Source: Eledone cirrhosa
Taxonomy: Eukaryota
NCBI GenBank assembly: GCA_964016885.1
Contig: OZ024742.1
Location: forward strand, 303,862,001 to 303,926,000
Length of the DNA stretch: 64,000 bases
Direction of reading: 5' to 3'
Shown piece after piece: positions 56,301 to 64,000 of the stretch. Both the position numbers and the translations under genes were made by a program. The number at the start of each line of letters is the position of its first letter. Within the stretch, counting starts at the first letter, position 1. Under the pieces are notes generated by a model. That model did no database searches. It was not told where the DNA came from and worked only from the letters and a program-made list of their open reading frames with translations.

Positions 56301-59049
56301 ATTATCTAGCACTATCAATTTACATATTTGTGACGTGTTTTATTTATGTTAAAATCGTATTCTTTCAGACTACATAGAATATCTATCATGAAATATGAAA
56401 AGTCTCTGACTGCTTGAGCGGGCGGATGGATTTCTTTTTTTCAAGGAGCAAATATCGTAGTGTTAACCGAAAAAGAGCATTAATGGGATGTTTTTTGTAG
56501 CCAATACTCTACGTTTATAGGGTCATCATATTGTGAGTGGTTGATTAAAAAGACCATATTTTTATTAGGCCGTTGTTTGGAAGCGGTCGATAAAAATCCA
56601 CTCTCAAGTTAGCTGGTTTCAGCTTCATTTTCAGCGACTTGATTGCTTCAATATAGAGATATTGTTTGGGGTGTGGTTAGGTCTTGAACTTCATATGGAT
56701 TGGAGAAGGGTACCCAATCTCTTCCAGAAATAGACTGAGTTACGTTTATTTGTGAATGGTCGGGCTGAGATAGCAAACGCTTTTCTTGTTCCGGTTATAT
56801 ATCAACATCTCATCATAAGAATTGTCATAGTTTATGTATTACCATCTTGGAGGTCTTCTATTCATGTGTAAGAGACGAAGTCTTCTGTTAATTGCTCCTC
56901 AGCTGCCCATATTTTCTAAGCGGAGGAATCGTTATGCCATGTTTGATGAGACGCAAATATGTTCTGAATTTATTTTTAGTGGTTGAGGTGATGTGGGCAC
57001 TTTTTGTCAAGCAGGTCTACTTTTCATTGTTCGTCTCCTTGATAAAGCTGCAGTGTCAGATATGGATTATGAGGAGGGGTATATTTTGCTATTATATAGA
57101 GTATATATTGTGTAGAATATACTCTGTTGTGGCAGATATTTTATATTTGGTGCTTCTTTTTTACAGTGTGCAGGTATTGTCGGAGGGTGTGGGCTATATT
57201 TAAAAGAAATAAGTGTTGAATGGCGTAAACACTGATTTGATTTGTATGTTTCGCTCATATGATTTTAATCCTAATTAGTACTCTTGGTACTGTTATTTTC
57301 ATAACCCACATCATGTGTATCTCGCTTTCGAAATCGTTGAATATTGATACATATTTCCTCGGATCAGGATATCTATATGATTACACGTATTTTGTTCCCG
57401 TCTTTGTATGTTTTGCCTCTATTTTAAACCAGACATCTATTACAGCAACACAATACAAAAAAATTACGATTTTTACCGTTCAGTGCAATCAAATATAAAC
57501 ACACACACATATCCAAAAATTATCTGCAACAAAAATAACCACCATCATCTACGAGTCAGAGAAGAGTGTACAATATATTCAAAATGTCATGCTACGCCCC
57601 ATGATATTCCTCACATAACTCAGTTTGCAATATGCCCATCAGATAAAGAGATGGTATAACCTGGAGGAGGAATGTGTGGGGAACTTACATTCTGTCCACG
57701 CTTTTTTTGCTAACTAAAGAAATGCTCGTTCAGGTCGATGTTAGGATTTCCTAACAAATACATCCCCTTCAGCAATATTGCCGTTAGTCTAACCTAATAT
57801 ACCGTGACAAGTATTCTCGATATTAGTGCCAGCATCTGCTGTAATACCACAGCCACAATGAAAATAATGAGACATGAGGCAATATTAGGAGAAATATGGC
57901 GGCAGAGATCATAAACAAAATTATACGTATGGCAAGATGAATGAGCCTGAATGACTGGCGGTTAGCGATGGTCACACCTCCACCCCCAAATTACTGATAC
58001 CACAATAATGAGGTTGACAAAATATAAGAGTCAAGAAATGACATATGGTTAGGTGTCTCCATGGGCAAGTCTTAGTGAGCAGCCCAACCAGCTTCCCCAC
58101 CAACAACTACACAACCACAAAATAGACATGTGTTACATGGCGGAAGATCTAGTTACTATATATGCGGAAGTCGAGGCCATCGGAGGGTCTCTCCGGAGAT
58201 ACATGGAAAAAAAGAGCAACCGAGACAGTGGTGAAAACAACAATTCCTGGTAGTATCTATTTCAACAGCCTCTTGAAGCTTCAAGACTAACAGAAATAAT
58301 TGTTTTCTTCTTATAATTATCGGAATTTTCTCATCCAACAATTTTCAATAGCGGACCTAATCATCTTGTGATAATGTAGAAGATATGGAAATTGAAAAAA
58401 ATGTGGGAACTCCCTGGCCAATGTAAATAACAGAAAAAGAATATTGCACCTCAAGAAGGAAAGTCAATGCCAAGAGAAGCTTTGCAATGTAAGAAAATGA
58501 ACTCAAGATTGCGAACTCCATTCATACCTTTCAAAAGTCACAATTTCCACAGTACGACAAACATCTGGAAAAAAGCTGATACATTACTAATACGAACTGC
58601 AAGACAAAATGTGACTAACAATGATTTTGTTTTGGACAGCTGTATCAAAATTAAAGGGAACACTAACAGTAAATATACCGTAGAAACCCATATAACTATT
58701 CTGTTGGCAGATGTCATTCAGCTTCCGAAATAATATCGACACATTTATCACAGAAATTTCTCACAAAATCTGTCCAAGACGCAACACTCTGAATACGACG
58801 TATTGGTAAATACTTCGAAATCTGAATCGGTCTATATGATGGGTTCTTACCCGTTTGTGGATGGGTTAATCTAAATGTTTTTCATTATATATTTTGGATA
58901 CTGTTTGTTTTTATAAAATTATTTATTCTGAGTGTTTAGTTTAAAAGGATGTTTAACATGTTCCTATAAATACTGCATCACTTTATACCTACTCTTATAT
59001 ATATGTATATATATATTTCTCTTTCTGTCACTAACCAGGAAACTCGTCA

Positions 59050-59296
59050 GGCCGGTGCATATCTCGGCTTCGTAGCATGAAGCGACTAAGAGTACAAGAA
59101 TCCCCCCTGGACAGCACACCAGTCCATCGCGTGGGTCATCCCAAGGCTACAGCTGGTATTAATTGTCATCTGAGTATAGTGGAGCAATGTGAAATGAAGT
59201 TTGCTCAAGAACACAACACGCGACCCAGCCCAGGAATCGAACACAATACATTATGATCGTAAGTCCAACACCCTTACCACTAGGCCACACGCCTCC
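59050..59296 (-). mobile_element. tRNA-headed SINE of a second family
   Basis: Minus strand has an A box (TGGCCTAGTGG) and B box (GTTCGATTCC), then GTGTTCTTGAGCAA and GCGATGGACTGG...TGTCCAGGGG domains. Confidence 0.8.
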
Positions 59297-59357
<61 letters not shown>

Positions 59358-60297
59358 TTGTGTGTTTTTGTGTGTGTGTGTGTGCGTGTGTTTCTGTATG
59401 TGTGTTTGTGTGTGTGAGTGAGTGCGTGTGTTTGATGTTTTTTTATCCCTTGTGTATAACGTTTTTATTGTATGAGCGCTGATAGCAATAATAACAGAAA
59501 CAATTATTATAATTACTATTCATTCGATGTGAACTTCATTGCTTCTTTAGGGATCAATTTTATTTAGTTTCCAGGAAAAAATATATAGGTATCATATATG
59601 TACTGGGATTTATTCAAATGACAATAATATTTGCCAATACATCTTTGCTCTGGTTAAAAAAGAATAAATAAAATAACGTATAATAACTATTTTAGAATGA
59701 TATTTTATTTCCTTTAATTCATTGTTTGTATAAGAGAACTGTCAGCTCATCATTAAACCATGTACGGCAAAATATGTTAAGTTGCTATTTCATATTGCGA
59801 TTTTCTTTAAACAATTTTCCTCGCCAATCGTATTGATACTAAAAAGAAAATACATAATATAAATTCATAGTTTCTTGAAACTATGAATATAAGTTGAGAT
59901 TTTCTTCCATTCCTTACTATTCATAGCTCAGCGGGATATAGATTCCTTTTGATCCTGTCAGCGATGTCTCTTTGTGAAATATATCTGAGTTTGCTTAGAT
60001 ATTTTCGTGCATCTCGAATCAATACTTATTATGGGAATTATCGGAGTATTCACATACAATCTTATAATTTTTTCCACAAGCTGGAATTTCATTAAAATAC
60101 ATGATAGAGACAACATCGATTATTTTCTACCCGTTTGTTTGGGAGAAAAAGTATCGATAACGTTGGTAATTATTTATCCAAACTATAAACCTGATATATA
60201 TATGGGTGTATATGTGTGTATGTATCTGTTTCTTCGTGTGATGTACTTGCAAACAGATTCACATATATGTTCGTTTGCTTGTGTTATTTTGTCTAAG

Positions 60298-60346
<49 letters not shown>

Positions 60347-62084
60347 TACAGACTACGTTAGAAAACTCTAGACACGATTAGGTTCACTGAATAGAGGGCA
60401 GCAGGGAGTGGTCGCTATAAAGTGAATATTAAACAGACCGAAATTCATAGAGGAAATTAGACGAGACAACATATTTCATACTACTTCATTAATTTCTCTC
60501 TGTATTGCGATTTGATAATACAAGAATTTCTTCTTAAGTATATTAAGAAAATGAACCCATTTGCAATTTTCTATCTAAAATGTAATCACCCACTTAAAGC
60601 ATAAAATTTGATTACAAGTAAGTTGTTAATGTGACGGAGGAAGTGTTTTAATTTTTTTCTCCAATTTTAATAACTATAATGTCTTTTATTTTAAAATTTT
60701 AATTATTTGACCTTAATTCAATTAACAGTAAAGGAGGTCAGTACAACGCCCGATAATTTAAAAGCCAATAGATTTTAGCCAGAATATTAGATTGTATTAC
60801 TTTCTTCTCTCAGCTCGATATGAAAGTAATGCAAGACATCTAACAATTTTTTCATCACAAATATTTTAATGTTAGATTTATTATTTCGGCTTAGGAACTC
60901 TATATTTTATGAAGTGAAGGGCCACAATTAATTGACTCCATCCAGATAATTACTGGTACATTTTTTCTCAACTCTTTGTTGTGGTTGCTGAGCTCAGGAT
61001 CAACACTGACCGAATTGGCCCATGACTGAATTATTTCCTTTATTCAGAGATATTGTTTCAAGGAGTATGTAATCAAATATTTCCTTCGATGCCTTTTAAA
61101 GACCGCAGTAGGTGTGATTTGGGGAAAAGTTTCTTATATGTTGGGCAACCAGGTATAGTATTCCTTATTGGATCAGTATTACATTTTTATGTATAAAAGT
61201 ATAAAATCGGTTGATTACTCATGTAGTAAGAAGACAGACGAAACTAAATTTCACTTTTTGTATTATGTGAGATAAACTCGACATTTGAAACGGATAAATG
61301 TAGTCAACTGAATATGCATTAGTATATTCGTCATTTTAATCGTAATGATGCCAAAGTAATCTAAGATGTACGATTTAGTTCTCACAAGGTTAAAGTTTTG
61401 ATATTGAAGAGAAACATGAGTACTGAAATGAACGTTGATGGGCTAGAAAGCTTCTGTTGGTTAAAGCGTTACTGAGTGCAAGATAGTAATATATATTTTA
61501 GCATTCGTAGATGATTTCTTCTACCATGTTGTAAAGTTTAATCAATAGCATATTATCATTTACACTTTTACTGTTTTAAGTCATTGAACAGCGGTCGTTT
61601 GTTGATAATAGCTTAAGATATTTGTCTGATCCATTTTGTCATTTTTCTTCATTTATTTACTGTACATATACAAGTGATTATATATTTATTCTTATCCAAG
61701 CAAGTGTTATCACATAATCAATTCAAAATACAATAACTAGTAATTGTAGTTACTACAATGTAAAAGATTATACACCCAGCGAACTAGTGATGGTTTCCAT
61801 TTGACAGCTGAAGCAGCAACTGCTGAACTGAATACGCTCCATTTCATTTCAACGTCCGGTTTTCTCAGGAATTCTTCGAATTTTTCGATGCAATAGTATC
61901 TGCATACCTGGTTCTGGATTCTTTATCCCCTTATGCTTCCCACTGTATCCTGTAAGTCGACCTGAATCCAGATAGAGAGGCCTGTTAAAAAATTCATTGC
62001 AGTCTCTGTTCCATACCCTAAAAGGGAGGCATGGGAAGGACGCACAAAGATTGTATATCACTGGACCACAAAGAGAGTTTGGAA

Positions 62085-62790
62085 GGGAGCAAACCTTGAC
62101 AATTGGAACCTGGAACATCATCAGTTTTGCAGGTATGAAGTAAGAAATAGTAGAGGAGGCTAGATACTACCAGCTGGATATAGTCATAGTTTCCTCAACA
62201 AAGTTTTGTTATTTTGATACTCTAGATATGGATGGAGGGTGAAAACCCCACTATTCAGGTGTGCCGCCAGAAATGACTACTGCACAGGTGATTGGAGATA
62301 ATCAAAACCCCCCGGCTGTAAGAATATTTTATGGACTAAATGCCTTTAGTATCGAGGATTTGCCTCTTTAATCTTAGGCTGAAAAATAGGTCTCTGTGGG
62401 TGGTGCAAGTTCATGCGATAAACAAGGAGTCCTAATACAGATCCTTTCTTGATGCAGCGATAGATTCAGTCATATATCCTAATAGAAGGTTTCAGTGCAC
62501 ATGTTGACACTGACCACCTGACATGGAAGGAGGGATTTGAAGGAACTGTGATCTCGATCCAAATACAAATGGAGAGGCTTTATTAGACATTCCAGCAACG
62601 GTGTCTTTGATATGAACACCTTCTTTCAGTACAGAGACAACCATGAATATACATGGTATAAGGGGAATCAGGTACAAAATCAATAATTAATTTTGTTATT
62701 GTCTCTGATCTCTTCGACTCTTTGCTGGATGATCGTGTTAGGAGAGGGGCTGAGCTGTCAACTGATCACCATCTAGTTATCTGCAATCTG
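62085..62790 (+). pseudogene. Decayed RTE-like LINE APE endonuclease
   Basis: LTIGTWNI...EIVEEARYYQLDIV...STK and terminal GAELSTDHHLV. Confidence 0.72.
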
Positions 62791-63646
62791 AGTCTACAAA
62801 CCATTAGAAACATGACTTACGTACTCTTTCATTAATATATAATCTAACCAAGATATATCAGATTAAATGTTAGTTAAACTCGTGCTCGTTTGGAAAATTC
62901 ATATATATTCTTTTTGATTATCCATATGAATATATGTTTAATACATACAGATATAATGTTTTGAAACAGACACATAAAAAATTAAGTTAAAGAATCATGA
63001 ATTATATAAAAGAAATATAGCTTTCTAAAGAATCTAACATTTACTTTTAAGTTTTATATTGACTTAGTTCTACAGACAATGTGATGGAAATTTCGATAGC
63101 AAGATATAAATGATACATATAATGTAAAGTTAATAGATTCTATACTGACTATTTTCCCCAAACGAGCAAGCTAATTTTTTTCTTTCTTTCTTTTTTCTTT
63201 TTTTCTTTCTTTCTTTCTTTATTTATTTATTTTCTTTCTTTATTTCTTTATTTCTTTATTTCTTTATTTCTTTATTTCTTTCTTTATTTATTTATTTATA
63301 ATATTCTTTCTTTACTTATTTACTTATGTATTTTTTGTGTGGTATATGCTTGCTTTACCTATCTGTATATCTATTTTGTAAATATTCTAAACATTTCATA
63401 GTTAACGGTTAAAGACGTTTAATTTTTCTCTCTATTATTTTTTGTGTTATGAACAGCGTAAGATAAATGGTATTTAATAAAATAACAAATATCTGTTTTG
63501 ACCGGTTGTCATTTGTGACGTTCAATAATTGAATCCTCCAGCCACAAGCATACATCCTTCCTTGTGTATCTAGGACTTCATTATCAAATGTACATTTCTT
63601 TCTCCCACATAATTCCTCTTTACCTCAACCCAACGCCACTCCCCAC

Positions 63647-63692
<46 letters not shown>

Positions 63693-63929
63693 ACATCGGA
63701 AATTAATGAAAATTTAACTTTTATTTCTCGTAGTGAACGCGACCACACATTATCCCTCCGACTGCTAAGTCACCCAGGGGAGCCAACAATTTCTCCGTTG
63801 TTTACATTCATGGGAAATAGACTATGCTCCAAAGCATAGATTATGCTCTGTACATCTCCGTAACTGTATCCATATTGAATCGCCCACTTGCTCTATCACG
63901 ACAAGTTATAACCTCTGTTTTGACTTCAC

Positions 63930-64000
63930 AGGACGTAGTATGACCGAATGGTTAAGAAGTTTGCTTCACAACCAATAGCTTTATGGTCCGATCCTTATAC
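63930..64000 (+). mobile_element. Possible SINE tRNA-like head cut by the window end
   Basis: TGACCGAATGGTTAAG...GGTCCGATCC resembles A and B boxes. Confidence 0.35.

Noticed and set aside
59210-59296. tRNA gene
   Set aside because: A and B boxes are present but there is no cloverleaf; it is a SINE head.

Overview
AT-rich, microsatellite-saturated eukaryotic DNA with no recognisable host gene. The SINE sequences suggest an octopod cephalopod (inference). The window is dominated by Penelope-like retroelements (PLEs: RT + GIY-YIG). There are two Naiad-type copies of one family (827-3222, 43347-45150), two families of a YRDD-type clade (3332-5511 and the near full-length 36048-41165) and a Neptune-type copy (49061-51330). 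It also holds a hAT-superfamily DNA transposon with TIRs and an 8-bp TSD (12224-14540), tRNA-derived SINEs with clear TSDs, CRE-like and RTE-like LINE remnants, and several minisatellites. The main signal not shown by the ORF track is about 20 hammerhead-ribozyme motifs (complete, variant or half) from many unrelated repeat families. Most are minimal type I with a self-complementary stem III, and several are followed by AATAAA. Many lie in small ORF-less fold-back elements embedded in (TA)n arrays. Eight insertions share one architecture: a 3' end faces outward at both junctions, one end short and one long. In several families a shared GAGT(G/A)CT motif lies in the long tail. Most ORF-track entries are microsatellite artefacts. 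All calls were read by eye, so boundaries are approximate to a few bases.
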